Shown here in pieces: positions 25,186 to 38,990 of a stretch of 64,000 bases of DNA. The stretch is from Octopus sinensis. Lineage: Eukaryota. A model generated the notes under the pieces. It did no database searches. It was not told the DNA's origin and saw only the letters and a list, made by a program, of their open reading frames with translations. The DNA lies in contig NC_043003.1 in NCBI RefSeq assembly GCF_006345805.1, forward strand, positions 90,706,001 to 90,770,000, in the 5' to 3' direction. How positions within the stretch are numbered: position 1 is the first letter of the stretch; every line of letters begins with the position of its first letter. Made by a program: the position numbers and the translations under genes.

Positions 25186-26281
25186 TAACATGCATATATG
25201 TGTGTGTGCACAAGCGCGCGTGCGTGTGTGTGTGTATGTGTATGTGTGTGTGCATGTGCATGTGTGTGAAAATATAAAATCAACACAGAAAGTAATTTTG
25301 TTTTCATGTTTTTAAATTGTTTTATTTTATTTTATTTTAAGGAAATAAATATTTTCTTTGGAAAATTAGTATTGGTTTCTGCATTTTAAATAAGCACCAA
25401 GAAATTTGATAAAAGTTATCATCATTTAAAACAGGAAGTTTGTCTCAAAGAATCTGGAACAGTCTTGGGCATGTTGATGTCAAAAGAGTTAAGTTCTTGT
25501 AAAATGGAATGAATAGTTGGTGTACCATGACAAAAAGTAGAGGCCTAGATTTGCTATGACTCCAGACTTCATACTGAAAGCAAAATAAAATTATCTGAAA
25601 GTGTGGAAGTATTTACTTTCTTAATGAAGATTTTCTCACTAAAATCTTAGCCTCTTCTTCCTTAGTCATTGGGTAGCCTGAGGGTGACTTACCAATGAAC
25701 TAATTCAGCAACTTAGGTTCATTTCCTAGTCATAGTCATTTTTATTTGCCCCACTAATAATTCTATGACAGTTATTTTTACCCAATGGAGTCAATAAGGG
25801 TGAATACCTCGTGATAGATACCTCTGATATTAAAAAGACAAATAACTAATATGAGTGTGTGTAGAATCAATAAATAATTAATATTTTACTCTTAATACTT
25901 ACTTCTACATTTCTTCTTTTCTTTTTTCTTCTTTATTTCCAGTTTTGTATTGTTTTGCACATTAGCCCATCCTATGATATCTCTAGTTGTGTATCAGGTT
26001 TTCCATGAGAATAGCAGCTTCTCACACTGTTCTTTTCTGATGTGGAAGAAAAGGCTGTTGTGTGTGGTTCCATAAGACCCTTTTCACTGTGCAACATAGC
26101 TGATTCAGAGAGAGAGAGAGGAGGTGAGTGAGAGGGGAAGGGGAGAGAAAAAAGAGAGAGAAATGGACAGACAGAGATAGACAAACAGAAAACAGACAGA
26201 CAAACAGAGTGGGGATGGAGGAAAAGAGAGGTTGAGATAGAAGAACTAATCCCAGTACTTGACTGGTACTTTATCTATTAA

Positions 26282-26495
26282 CCTTTTTGTTACTGTATTT
26301 ATTTTGAGATACTCTGTTTCCTTCAATTACTTTAAATATAACAAAGAATTTAGTAAAATAATTTATCATTAAGCTAGTGTTAAGAACATAAATTGTGACT
26401 AATGTTTGGTGGAAAATTTTAATTCAAAACTTATAAAAACAAGACATTTGTACTCAGAGCCAGAGCTGGTTTCAGCCGGGTTGGTAACGAAAGGG
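26282..26495. mobile_element. piggyBac-like MITE
   Basis: TTAA|CCTTTTTGTTAC ... GTAACGAAAGGG|TTAA. It interrupts a minus-strand SINE. Confidence 0.8.
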
Positions 26496-26899
26496 TTAAC
26501 TCCAAATCAATGTTGACCTCAGTGGGGTTTGAACTCAGAGTGCAGAGAGCTAAATCAAATTCTGCAAAGTATTGTATTTAACACTCTAACAACTCTTACC
26601 AGTTTGGTACCTCTTCTGTATAACTACTGTTTTGTAAATATACAATACATATGTAAAGTTATCTTCTATCTTATTATCTCTTACTTGTTTCAGTCATTGG
26701 ACTATGGCCATACTGGAGCACACCTAGAAGGGTTCAATCAAACAAATCAAGCCCAGTACTTTACTTTTTTTCTCTTTCCTTTAAGCCTGGTAATTATTCT
26801 ATCTCTAGGGTATAGGAATGTAAGCAAACCAACACTGATTGTCAAATTGTGGTAGTGATGGCAACAAAACACAAATATAAACACGTGTGTGCAGAGATT

Positions 26900-28795
26900 T
26901 ACATCATCATCATTTAACATCCATAGCTCCGTCCTGGCATGAACTGCATGTTTTGGCAAGAACAAATGAGTCAGAGGGCTGTACTGAATTCCAGTGTCTG
27001 CTTTGGCAGGGTTTCTACTACTAAATGCCTTTCCTAATGCCAATTGCTTAACAAAGTGTACTGGGTACTTTTGACATGGCACCAGCACCAGTGAGGTTAC
27101 CAAGCAACTGCAAGACAAGATCCCTAAAGTGAGTAGGATATAGAATGAGTAAGAAACTAGAATAGAGGGACAGGAGTAGGTGTCTTGCTGAAGAAGTTAA
27201 CTCATGGTGTGCCCACCTGAAAAGAAAGAAAGAGAGAGAGAGAGGGGGGCGGTAAGATCAAACTACAAATGAGAGACAGAATAGGATAGAAGAGTAGAAA
27301 AGTTGGGTGTGTAGATAAGTGATTCTAAGTGAGAATAGTGTGATAGATGAATAGAGATAGGGAATGAGTTGGATGCAGAGAATATCAGTTCAGTGGGTGG
27401 GAGGTGGAGGAAGGAAATAAGGTAACTTAGAAGCTTGATAGAAGATGAGGGTTAGAAGACGAGTTCCATCTGCTGAGATAGAAGAGTCTTCTTAAGCACA
27501 GCATATTGCCATTCATCTCCTCAGTACCACATCATCTCCTCAGAAAGGTTCAACATCTTGTGGTCGGTCTTCACTACTTCATCCCACGTCTTCCTCTTCC
27601 TCAGGAAGACATTGGCACTTCTTTGTACATTGGCATTTCTTTGATCCGTCTGGATCACATGACCATACCAGTGCAATCTTCTCTTCTGTTCACCACATCT
27701 GCTTATGCCCAGTTTTTCACTCAGCACATTTGTATTTTGTCATACATGCACACTGACATTGCACTTCCGTTGAAGCATGCTAGTTTCATTCCTTTCTAGT
27801 CTTTGCATACCCTCTGCATTCACAGTCCAAATTTCATAACCATCTGGCTTACTGTTTTTATACAGGCATTGTATAATGTGTCTTTCACTTTGAGAGAGAA
27901 GCTTTTTGTTGCCACCAAAGGAAAAAGTTCTCTGATCTTTCTCCAACCAGTTCTTATTCTAACAAATATATTTTCAAAGCATACCCCTCCAATGCTAATT
28001 AGGTCACCTAGGTAACAGAAACTGTCTACTACTTCCAGAGAGCCTCCTGGGAATTTCAGAACATCTATTTCTCATATGTTATTATTATTTATTGCTTCTG
28101 CACATCTGCCACAAACAAATTCTACTTTCTCCATTAACCTTTCTGTGATTCCACTGTATCTCATATGTGTCCATAGTCTATACTGAAGATGCCATGTAGA
28201 ATTTCTACATACACCTTGTCTACATATAGGACAGGGCCATTTACCTGAAGAGATTAGTGTCCCATCTCTTTTCCTGCTAACTAGAAACTAAGTTTAAAAC
28301 GTTTTGTTTCTATGTTTTACTTCCACACCTGACATTTCATTTCTAATCCTATTAAAGCTATAAGAACAAGGTTAGCATAGAGAAGTTCCTATGGGCAACC
28401 AATCTTAAATTCCACCATTATGGCCTAGAGGACTGTGATAAATAGCTGAACACTGATGAACTCCACACTAAATTCATCACTGTACTTATTAGCTCTCACA
28501 TGCTGACAGCAACCCTGTACATGGCTTGAATGGCTCTCACAACCCATTCATCTACTTGTAGTTTCCATAACAACCACCAAATAAGGCTTTCTCCAGATTG
28601 CCAAAACCAAGTACAGTGGTTTACTTTTTGCTAAATCCTTCTCCTGTAGTTGCCAAACTATAAAGAAAGCATCTGTAGTACTTCTCCCAGGCATGAAACC
28701 AAACTGCATCCCATATAAGTCAACTCTGTAATTACCTAGCAATAACTCTCTCAGTGGCTTTCATAACACTGAACTGCACTGCTGAATTCCAGATA
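26900..28795 (-). mobile_element. Decayed RTE LINE fragment
   Basis: QFGFMPGRSTTDAFFIVWQLQEK; RRLHWYGHV; (GAT)n tail near 26900. Confidence 0.85.
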
Positions 28796-28819
28796 AGAAA
28801 TTTTCAGCAAATGTAAACA

Positions 28820-29212
28820 AGTGCAGGAGTGGCTGCATGGTAAATAGCTTGCTTACCAACCACATGGCTCTGGGTTCAGTCCCACTGTATGGCACCTTGG
28901 GCAAGTGTCTTCTACTATAGCCTTAGGCTGACCAAAGCCTTGTGAGTGGATTTGGTAGACGGAAACTGAAAAGAAGCCCGTTGTATATGTGTGTATGTGT
29001 GTCTGTGTCTGTGTTTGTCTTCCTGCCATCACTTGACAACCTATGTTGGCGTGTCTATGTCCACGTAACTTAGCAGTTCAGTAAAAGAAACTGATAAAAT
29101 AAGTGCCAGGCTTACAAAGAATAAGTCGTGGGGTGAATTTGTTTGACTAAAAGGCGGTGCTCCAGCATAGCTGTAGTCAAAATGGTTGAAACGAATAAAA
29201 GAATAAAAGAAT
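28820..29212 (+). mobile_element. SINE family B
   Basis: Same modules. Partial copies also occur at ~4010-4105, 26680-26870(-), 29860-30000(-), 30700-31110, 36120-36255, 39000-39140(-), 44330-44690, 49720-49830(-) and 55857-55970. Confidence 0.9.
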
Positions 29213-31198
29213 ATGGACAAGTTTCTTTTGGTAGTTTGGAGGACACCCCAACTCTCTGAAATGAGTAGCTGTGTTGTGAACTTTAGACAGAGGTCTCTCT
29301 CTCCATTCTACACCAACTGGCCTTATTATGGCTTTACGCTCAAAGGGGACATAACTCTAATTCTCCCTCTTTCTTTTCTTTTTCCATTTTTCTCACCTGT
29401 CTATTCTTTTCATCCACTTCCCTTTTGCTTTCTTTGTGATTTTTCTTGTTCTATTGCCTTGATTTGTAACTTGTACAGGTTATGTGCTCATAGACTGAAG
29501 ATTACTTGGAAATACTAAGCATGTTATAAAAACCTGTCAAAACCATGTCTCTAATGTATGAAACTATTCGTAGCTCATAACTATATATACATTATACAAA
29601 ATTTATATCTTACCAGATGGAGAATTGTTTTTGCTGATCTTACTTGAACAGTAAAGTAAACTATATATATATATCATCATCATCATCATCGTTTAACGTC
29701 CGTTTTCCAGTCTGATCTGGCAGTGTTTCTACAGCTGGATGCCCTTCCTAACGCCAACCACTCCGTGAGTGTAGTGAGTGCTTTTACGTGCCACCAGCAC
29801 AGGTGCCAGACGAGGCTGGCAAACGGCCACAATCGGATATATATATATATTATAATTGGTTTCTTTCAATTTCCAACTACCAAATCCACTCACAAGGCTT
29901 TAGTTCACCTGGATTATAGAAGAAAATACTTGCCCAAGATACCCTGCAATGTTACTAAATCCAAGACCACATGGTTGGGAAGCAAACTTCTGAACACATT
30001 ATTTCAGTGTATAACATATTTTCCTTCTAGAGATTTTTAAACCTAAACATTAAGAGTGTGTAATATACACAGGAATTCACTTTTTTTTTTCTGGGCCAAA
30101 TGCAAGTCAATATTAAAAATGACTTGATCAGAAATAAGTTATATCTGCTGTCAAAAGTAACTCATGTGTAACGATGTAAAGTTTATGATGCTGATGAAAT
30201 ATTGATACCTGTTGCATGACGTTTACACACCATGCATGACTGCTCAAAATGAATAAAACAATATCTCACTAAAATCAGTAAAATTTTGCTCATATATTAT
30301 TGATGTGGAGTAATCAGAAAACAAAAGTAACTTTGGTAGAAATGAAATCCTGTTTTATTTTGTTTTCATCATGACAAAAATTCACTCAAAAGTGTGTGTG
30401 ACTTCATACTATAAATAAACAGTCTGCACCATTATTGGTGTCAACACAATTAATGTCCCATGAAATTACATTTACAGGAAACAAGAAATACAGGAGTGGC
30501 TACCAATGTTTTAATCACATCTCAGTTTTAACTATGTACCAATAACAGAACAGTGATGTAATCACACACTAACAAACTGATTGTTTTTGTCTTTTTAGTT
30601 TCAGACTGATTTTACCCATTTGCCAAATTCACTTAGAATTTAGACATTTACTATTGATGCATGTACACTGACAAGTGCAGCATGGCTCTAGACACAAGAG
30701 CAGCTATATGGTTAGGAAGTTTGCTTCCCAGACACATGATTTAAGGTTCAGGCCCACTGTATGGAATCTTGGGCAAGTGTCTTTTATATCCCTAGGCCAA
30801 CTAAAGACTTGTAAGTAAATTTACTAAATGGAAACTGAAAGAAACTTGTCATATATGTAAGTGTGTGGATGCGTGCATGTGTGTGTGTATGTGTGCATGC
30901 GTGTGGGCAGCATGTAAGAGCTGTGAACAAGCATCATCACTGTACAATGTCTTTTGTTTCCAATCTTCCATGGAAACCTGTCTAGTTATGGGGAAATATT
31001 ACTTTAGTTGGAAACAGGTGAGGGTTGATGATAGCAAGAGCTCATGGCTGCAGAAAATCTAACTTAATGAATTCCATTTGACCCATGTGAGCATAGAAAA
31101 GTGTACATGAAAATGATAATGATGACAATGATGGTGGTGGTGGCGGCTGTGGCAGGGAGGGGTAGGAGAATGGGGGGAGGTAGAAGAGTGAGGATGCT

Positions 31199-31229
<31 letters not shown>

Positions 31230-31394
31230 AGGAGGAGGAGGAGGTTCTCGTTTAGAAATTTAGCAGTTCATGTTTCAGCAACTGCTGATTTGCCATCAAA
31301 CCTGAGAGAGTCGACTTCATTGCTGATCATATCAAAGGTAGATGTCACCACATAACTGTCAGCATTGTCAATGCTGCCTTGATCACCTCCCATG

Positions 31395-31987
31395 TCGTTA
31401 TCCAAAGAGTCATCCTAAAATTGCTCTTCCAAAAAAAGGATTGTCTTCACTACCAACCAGTGCAGTTGTAATGCAGCATCTTTTGAGAGAATTTATAAAA
31501 ATAGCTTCAGAGATGCTCCTCCAGGCTTTCAGGGGCTATGTACTTATAAAGGAGAGCTCTGCTCAGTGAATGCAGTGTGTTGAACTAATGAACTTTTGCC
31601 CCTTTGCCAGTCACTGGATCCACTTGATCCAAACATGCAACTTCAAAAGCTTGTTCATGCTGATATCCAAAGATTGTAGAAGAGTAGTCATCTCACCAGG
31701 AATGATAAAAAGATCAGATTTCAAAATTTCAGCTGTTTCATTAGTATCTAAATGCATCAAACCCTAGTAAGAGCAGATGTTTCAACAGACCCCTTGGACA
31801 TTGCCCCTACACTGTATCGCTCCAGTCACTTATTATCTCAGAATCAAACATCAAACCACTTTTCTTGTGGGCATCAATCTTAATGAACAAGGGCTTTCTC
31901 ACATATGGTAGCAGCTTTTCCCACTAACAGTGGCTGACATCATTACTGTAAAATAGATATTTCAATGATTTCCAGTGGTCTTGGAAG
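31395..31987 (-). pseudogene. pogo/Tigger (DDE_1, POGK-like) transposase remnant
   Basis: Frameshifted minus-strand peptides: KTTGNH..FTVMMSA, KLLPYV, GLLKHLLLLGFDAFR, IIPGEMTTLLQSLDISMNK and AWRSISE..SLKRCCITTALVGSEDN. Confidence 0.85.
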
Positions 31988-32169
31988 TAGTAGTAGTAGT
32001 AGTAGTAGTAACTGAGGCAACAGCAGTAGCATGTGGAGAAGTAAGGTTAGTTTGTGAAAATTTGGGTTCAATCTTCTTCAAACTGTTATTGCTGTTGTTG
32101 TTGTGGTAGTGGTGGTGGTAGAAAGATTTTAAATGGAATGTTTACTGTGTCATGCATTGTGTTTCTACA

Positions 32170-32530
32170 GGTTCACAACAATCTACTAAGAAAACTTGGA
32201 GCTTTTAATGCTGGCAGGCTATTTGGTAATGTAGAATTTCGGTTCCAGCTGAACGTGGCACCTGTACATAGTACCAAAGCACCCACTGCCTGCTTTGCTG
32301 ATCATCACACTAATCAGACTTCCATGACAAAGTATCTCTCCTCATTTGAGCCCCATATATAATGTATGTAAAGGTGATCAACTTGTGTCCAAGCAATCAG
32401 GCAGAGCTGAAAGCTGCTATTAAGGCCTCCTAGGCTTCTATCACATTTGAGCAATGTCACAGGCTGGTTTCCTCAAAGCCACAATATAGTCAAGCAGTCA
32501 TTTAAACTAAACAAAGCTCAAGCCAAGAAC
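32170..32530 (+). pseudogene. Tc1 transposase C-terminal remnant
   Basis: FRFQLNVAPVHSTKAPTACFADH resembles FQQDLAPAHTAK..WFNDH. PSNQAELKAAIKAS*ASITFEQCHRLVSS resembles PNNADELKAAIKATWASITPQQCHRLIAS. Confidence 0.75.
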
Positions 32531-33372
32531 TGGCTGACATTCTGTACCCACCTTTTTTTTTAAATTTTAGACCAACTTGCTCTATTGCAATATGTTTTGG
32601 ATGTTCAGATGTTATATTCTAATATTTCTGAGATTTGGGATCTCTTCATGATCCCTGCATGGAAGCAATAATTGTAGTTTATATCAACAAAGTACTGAGA
32701 ATAAATCAGTTTAGATCTATTGAGTCTAATATAATTGAAATCTTTATGCTTTGACTTAAGTGAAAACAAATATACAACTAAAGCAATTGCAGTATGGAAA
32801 ATGTTTGTAACCATTTAAGAACACACAAAAACCATTAGTTTCACATTTAAATTTAATTTGTGCCAAAATATTTTCATTGCTTTGAAACTGCAACCTGTTC
32901 ACTGACAAAACTTCATTCTGCATTGTTTTTGTTTCAGCACACAATCTCAGATCAAGTCACTTGCTATGGAAGTACATTTCTGTAAATATACAACTCCTGT
33001 GTAATAAAATAAACTGTTGAAACACACCACTGTAGATGTATATAAAATATAGATTCCAGGCAGAAATAAGAACTCAGATCAATATGAACCAGGATCAATA
33101 AAATCCATTAAAAAACCAAAACCCTTAAAAGGCAGTGCCCCAGCATGGGAGCAGATCAATGATGGGAAGCAGTAAAATGTATGTTGACTTTAAAACAAAA
33201 AAAATGACTCAGTCCTTTGAGTTTAATCACTGCTGGCAAGTATTTCAATTTTCAGTTGCAATGTACAAAGTACCAGAGTAGAAATAAGTTTTCAATAAAC
33301 TAAATCCTCAACCAATTTCGATTCCTCATTGCATTTTATTTTTAATGAGCGGATGTTATGAAAGTGACATAA

Positions 33373-33570
33373 CCCTTTAGCATTCAGATTACTTTCTCAA
33401 ATGTAATACTTATTTTATTCCCATCGTTTCAAATTAATCCTGCATTATCTTGAAGCTCCAAGATTTTGATGATGTGATTGCTTATTTCAGAATAACATAG
33501 GTATGAGAAACTAGATCTGGCTAGTTTGTACTTAAAACAGGTAGCTGATTGGGTTAGGTATGTTAAGGGG
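33373..33570. mobile_element. Decayed piggyBac-like MITE
   Basis: ATAA|CCCTTTAGCA ... TGTTAAGGGG|GTAA: degenerate TIR and TTAA-like flanks. Confidence 0.55.
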
Positions 33571-34795
33571 GTAAGGACTGAGAGTTTCATACACAGTAGT
33601 TATCAAATATTGTATTTATCTTGTTTGTCCGACCAAACTTGATTCCTTCAGTGTAGCTATTTTAAACCACATCATTAATCTTCATGCTAGAGTCATGAAC
33701 GTCACTCAGTCTTATTCTCCCCACTCACACCTTATAAACACAATACTTTTCTGCACATGTTGAGTCAGTCATTTATTAGCTGTTAAGTAGAAAGCAAATT
33801 TTATAAGTATGTTGCTGAAGAATTTACAGCATTTTCTATGAAATGATACACGGAAGTGGTTTCTTCATTTCCTTCTTGTGATAGGCATAAAGCCATAAAA
33901 TATTTCCAGAGTATCTGGTACCTATTCCTGACAGCCAAGTTCACTGAAGCATATCAAGTATAATGTTTTGGCTAGAAACACAATGAAACATCTGATTGGA
34001 TGATGATGTGTGAGCTGGTTATCCATTACCTTTTCTCCCATACCTTTAACCAGTTAACCTCTAATGTGAGATATCAACATTCACATTCAATAGTATTTGA
34101 GAAGTTTTAGTGGTCTGTGGCCTACACATTTAACATGTAATTCACAGTCTATAAATCTAAGAAGTTCTGTCAAAATCAACTTAAGCTTCTTTTTTTTTCA
34201 TAGTAAAGGCCATCTTATCGAAATGGAAATATGTATCCATAAAATTATAAGAAATTGTGTAAATGATTTGGTCATTTAATATATTGGAAGGTCAATTTTG
34301 ATTTATCTGTAATATTTACAATGTCTCACAGCTTCTAAATTGGTAAAAAAGATTCCTGATGATAAATCTAGAAAAACACAAATGAAATGTACTTTATGCC
34401 AAATACTTTTTCTATGTTCTGAGCTTGAGGGGCACTGGATTTAGCTTTGATACTAGTTTCTCTTAAGGTCAATGAAACACAAACAGGTAATACACTAGGC
34501 CTTTTCTACCTTTTTAAAATTACATATCACTGCATTTAACTCTATCATTAATACTCCTAAGGCCAATGAAATACATACCAGTAACAAATGAGGGCCTTCT
34601 CTACATTTTGAGTTCCTCTGGGTTTGGCTTGGCTGTTAGTTACCCTAAAATCTTTGAAATATATACCAGTAATATATCAAAGCCAATTAAATTAACATTA
34701 TTTCTTAGCTATAAAATGTAGCCTTGATGTTATTTACCTGAGTGAGAACATTTGACTTTGGACAATTATTTCTTTGAAATGAATCTTATTTCAAA

Positions 34796-35177
34796 CTAGC
34801 AGTATCACCCGGCGTTGCTCAGGTTTGTAAGGGAAATAACTATAAAGCATTTTTAGAGAGTTATAGCCAAAAAATAGCAAAAAAATGGAAAAAAAATGAT
34901 GGTAAATTTTTTTTGAGTTAAAAAAGGTGGAGTTGCGTCCCCTAGACGGTCTGTGGTTTGGGTTTCTGATTCTCGACCCCATGTCGAATTTATCGATTTT
35001 TTTCAGAACTGGGGGAACTTTTCAAAATTTTCGCTGCGTTAGTTTTGAATTATGACATTGGGCTATGTGTGTGTCAAGTTTCATCAGAATCGGTTGAAAG
35101 CCGTGGTCAGAGTGAGGGTACGAGAAAACAGACACACAGAAAACGCACAGACAAACTGCCGTTTATATAGAGAGAGA
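34796..35177 (-). mobile_element. Non-autonomous Helitron, 382 bp
   Basis: Minus strand: A|TCTCTCTCTATATAAACGGCAG ... CCTGAGCAACGCCGGGTGATACTGCTAG|T, with exact A/T insertion context and retained CpGs. Confidence 0.85.
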
Positions 35178-36254
35178 TTATACAAAACTGTGATAAAGTT
35201 ATATTATCTTTGATGCCATGCTTTGACTGATTACTTTTGACTGGGCACAAAGTCAGGTTTTATATAGGTAAGGTGGGCATGTAATTAATTGAGTTGTTAT
35301 TAATTTATTAACATACTGCTGGTATTTATCATACTACATTGGATTAATGAAGTTGAGGGTTAATTCTAAAAAGATTCAGAATTCAGAAACGCATGGCAAA
35401 ACTAAAAACCATGAAACAGTTAGTTAGCTGATTTACAATTTCTACTGACTTGTTTCTTTTTGTCAAAGATATCTGCACAATGGAAAACATTCCACTTCAC
35501 AAGAATGGGTTGTTTGCCAAATGGGTTGTCATCAAGAATCTCAACAACAATATCCCACAATCCAATATAATGCAAAAAAAAGTGTAAATAATGGCTTATT
35601 TTAACAGCCTCCTACACTTTATCTTACAAGAGAATACAATGCTGTTAGCTGATTTTCATTTCTTGGCAAAGTTGCCAGAAAAAAATGGCGTTGAAAAAGA
35701 GGATTGGCTCTCAAGAAATCTTGTTGCAACCTGTGATCTATTCTACAAACAGCAGCTACTCAACTGAAGCTAGAGATTAGATGCAAATGTTAAATGCATC
35801 AACAATAAACAAATAAAATGCCTGCTCTCACAGCTTCCTACTGAAGACCTCCCAGAGCAGCATACTTCTGAAGTAGTATCACGACTTATACAAACCTCTG
35901 TATTGTTCGTTAAGTGTAGCATTAATTAACACAGAACCTTACATTATTTTTGGTATGTATAAGATATGTAACAATAAGCACACCTAATCTCTTATGTATT
36001 ATCAATAAAAATGATAGTCATGCAATTCAGTATTAAAATAGCTTTATTGTGATGAATGACATTATTATGAATGGTTCATATGAATGCTATATGTATATAT
36101 GCATGTATAAATGCATGTTTGTGTCTGGAAATATGGTTGTGTCATTAAGAAATTTGCTTCCCGACCATGCAGTTTAAGGTTCAGTCCCACTGTATGGCAC
36201 CTTGGACAAGTATCTTCTATTGTAGTCTGGGCCAACCAAAGCCTAATGACTAAA

Positions 36255-36612
36255 AGAAGCTTATTCCTAATTTGACCAAAAAATACTACTTAAGAACTTG
36301 GTTGGGAAGTTCTACTGCACCCACCATATTCTCTTGATATAACACCTTCAGAATATTACAGTTTTTGATTGCTGTCCGACAGTTTTATTCAGCAATGACT
36401 TGGAGCTGAAAATGGGTCATGAGGAATTCTTCAAGTCAGGACCTGCTGAATTTCACCACCAAGGTGTTGAAAAGCTTGTGGAGTGTTGGCAAGAAGTCAT
36501 GAACAATAAATGAGAATATATCATGGATTGAATTGTTAAAATTGTTGATGAAAAATAAGGATTAACTTAAGTGGGAGAAAAAACTGAACAAATTTATCTA
36601 ACAATCCAATAT
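36255..36612 (+). mobile_element. Mariner transposase C-terminal remnant
   Basis: ELGWEVLLHPPYSLDITPSEY...GVEKLVECWQEVMNN...YIMD* followed by a TIR-like end (..ATCTAACAATCCAATA). Confidence 0.75.
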
Positions 36613-36709
36613 ACATACATATATACACGTGCACACACACATATATGTGTATGTGTGTGTGTGTATGAGAAAGCTCTTGACTCTATAATGAGGTGGTCTC
36701 TAAGGAATG

Positions 36710-37640
36710 AGAAGTAGACAAATGGTTTGTTGGAGCCATTCAACTGTGTACAGGGTGCTGTCATTAAAGTGAGAGTCAGCTGCGAGTGCAATGATGAATT
36801 TAGTGTACAAGTAGGAGTTCACTACGGTTTGGCACACAATCTCCTCTTACTCATCATGTCCCTTGGAAATTATTATATGCTGATGACCCTACTTGATATG
36901 TAAGAAAGGTGATGGAAAGAATTCCATACCATGTACCCAGTGCAAGCTATGGGCATATGAAAGGTGCAGTGGAATCACAGGAAGGTTAACAGAGAAAATA
37001 GCCTTTTTGTGTGGCATATATTCAGAAACAATAAACACTAAGGGTACACAGGAATTAGATTTTCTCAAATGCCAGGAGATTCCTTTGATGTATATAGTCT
37101 CTGTTATTGAGGTGACCTAATTAGCAATGGAGAAGAATGTTCTGAAAGTATAGTTGCTAGAATAAGAATAGGATAGCAAAAGTTCAGAAAGCTATTACCT
37201 CTGTTGGTTACAAAAGGTCTCTCTCTCTCTCAGAGTCAAAGGCAGATTGTATGATACTTGTGTACAAACAGCTATGCTACATGGGCTTTGAATGCAGAGA
37301 ACATATGAAGACTAGAGAGGAATGAAGTTAGTATGCCTCAATGGATGTGCAACTCTAGTGTGCATGTGTGAGAAAGAGTAAATGTGTTGAGAGAAAAAGT
37401 AGACATAAGAGAAATCAGCTGTAGTGTGCAAGAGAGAGAAGGCTGTGCTGGTATGGCCATATGATGCATATGAATGACGACCGTTGTATAAAGAAATATC
37501 AATTGCTTATGTTTAAAGTGGATGGAAACTGTAGAAGAGGGAGATTTAGAAAGATGTGGGATGAAGTAGTACAAAATTACCTTCAGGTGTTGAGCCTAAC
37601 AGAAAAGATGACAAGGACCAGGATATGAGGTTCTCAAGAA
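36710..37640 (+). mobile_element. Decayed RTE LINE fragment (same family)
   Basis: CTQCKLWAYERCSGITGRL and LCWYGHMMHM-type motifs, with many stops and deletions. Confidence 0.75.
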
Positions 37641-37949
37641 AACCTGTCCACCTCAGTGAAAATGAGTCCTGCAAATGCTGTGTATTTTGTGCTCTTCACC
37701 CACATGTTACATTGATTCAACCCCACATTTCCACCAGTGAAGTAAACTACCTCTCATCATGGACAATGATTGCCTTTCCCATCCTGCTCTTGCTGCCAAC
37801 CCCACTTTGCCATCTCCTCCTCTTATCTTCCTTCTATTAATTGTATCAGTACTTTGCTTGCATTATCCTGTCCAGTCTACAACTGCTTGCTTCTCAAATT
37901 TATCCAGAATTGCAGTGTGGCTTTAGAAGAAGCAGATCAACTATTGACA

Positions 37950-38990
37950 TGATATTCTCCATATGCCAACTTCAGAAGTCCAGAGAGTAGAAAATGCTAT
38001 CATATGGCCTTCATTGATCGGACAAAGGCTCATCAACTGTTTTGAGCGAGCATGTGGCAACTTTGGCTTAGTTATCAACCCCAAGAAGACCAACATCATA
38101 GGTTAGGCTACATCGGACATCCCAAACATACATATTGGAGACCACATATTGGAGGTGAAGAAGTTTACCTATCTTGGCTCTACCATCACCTACAACCTAT
38201 CCCTTGATGCTGAGCTCAATATACGCATTGGCAAGGCAGCTGCTGTGATGGCCCAACTCTCCAAACAGGCATGGGACAACAATAAACTGACCAAGACCAC
38301 AAAAATGAAGATTTACCAGGCATGTGTACTTAGCACTGTACTGTATGGAAGTGAGACTTGGATTCCATACACACGCCAAGAGCGTCGCCTAAACATCTTT
38401 CACCTGCACTGCCTCCGGAAAATCCTTCGCATCAAGTGGCAGAATCATGTCCCCAACAAAGATGTCTTCAAGCAAGCAGGAATACCAAGCATGTTTGCAC
38501 TCCTCACACAAAGACGTATGAGATGGCTTGGGCATGTTAGTCGTATGGAAGATGGCAGAATCCCCAAGGACATGCTCAACGGACAGCTTGCTAGGGGTAC
38601 TATGTCTGTGGGAAGACTGTTCTTACGATACAAGGATATTTGCAAAAAGGACATGAATGTCTGCAACATCAATATTACCAACTGGGAAGCAATTGCCAGT
38701 AACCATGGAGATTGGTGACGTACCGTAAAAGAGGGAACACAAAGGAGTGACAGAGAGAGAGAGAGGAGAAATGGAAAGACAAGAAAAGACGTCAACAAGA
38801 AACTATGACATTACAACCAGCCAGGCAAAGTCTTCGCTACATTTGCGGCACCTGCCAGAGGGTGTGTTTGTCCAGGATAGGACTACACAGCCACGGCAGG
38901 AGATGTATTAGGACATGAAATGTAAAAGCTGGACTAGATTATTTTATGCGCAAATCCATTGTCTCCGAGACAAAAAGGATGCCAACAACA
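37950..38990 (+). mobile_element. RTE/BovB-like LINE 3' part (second RTE family)
   Basis: 189-aa open stretch 38149-38718: FTYLGSTIT...RIGKAA...IYQACVLSTVLYGSETW...RRMRWLGHVSRMEDGRIPK. Upstream MAFID.TKA is joined by a deletion. The element ends in (CAA)n. Confidence 0.9.

Noticed and set aside
35469-35590. Plus-strand acceptor followed by open frames
   Set aside because: All three frames are open for a similar length, with no convincing donor and no recognisable protein.
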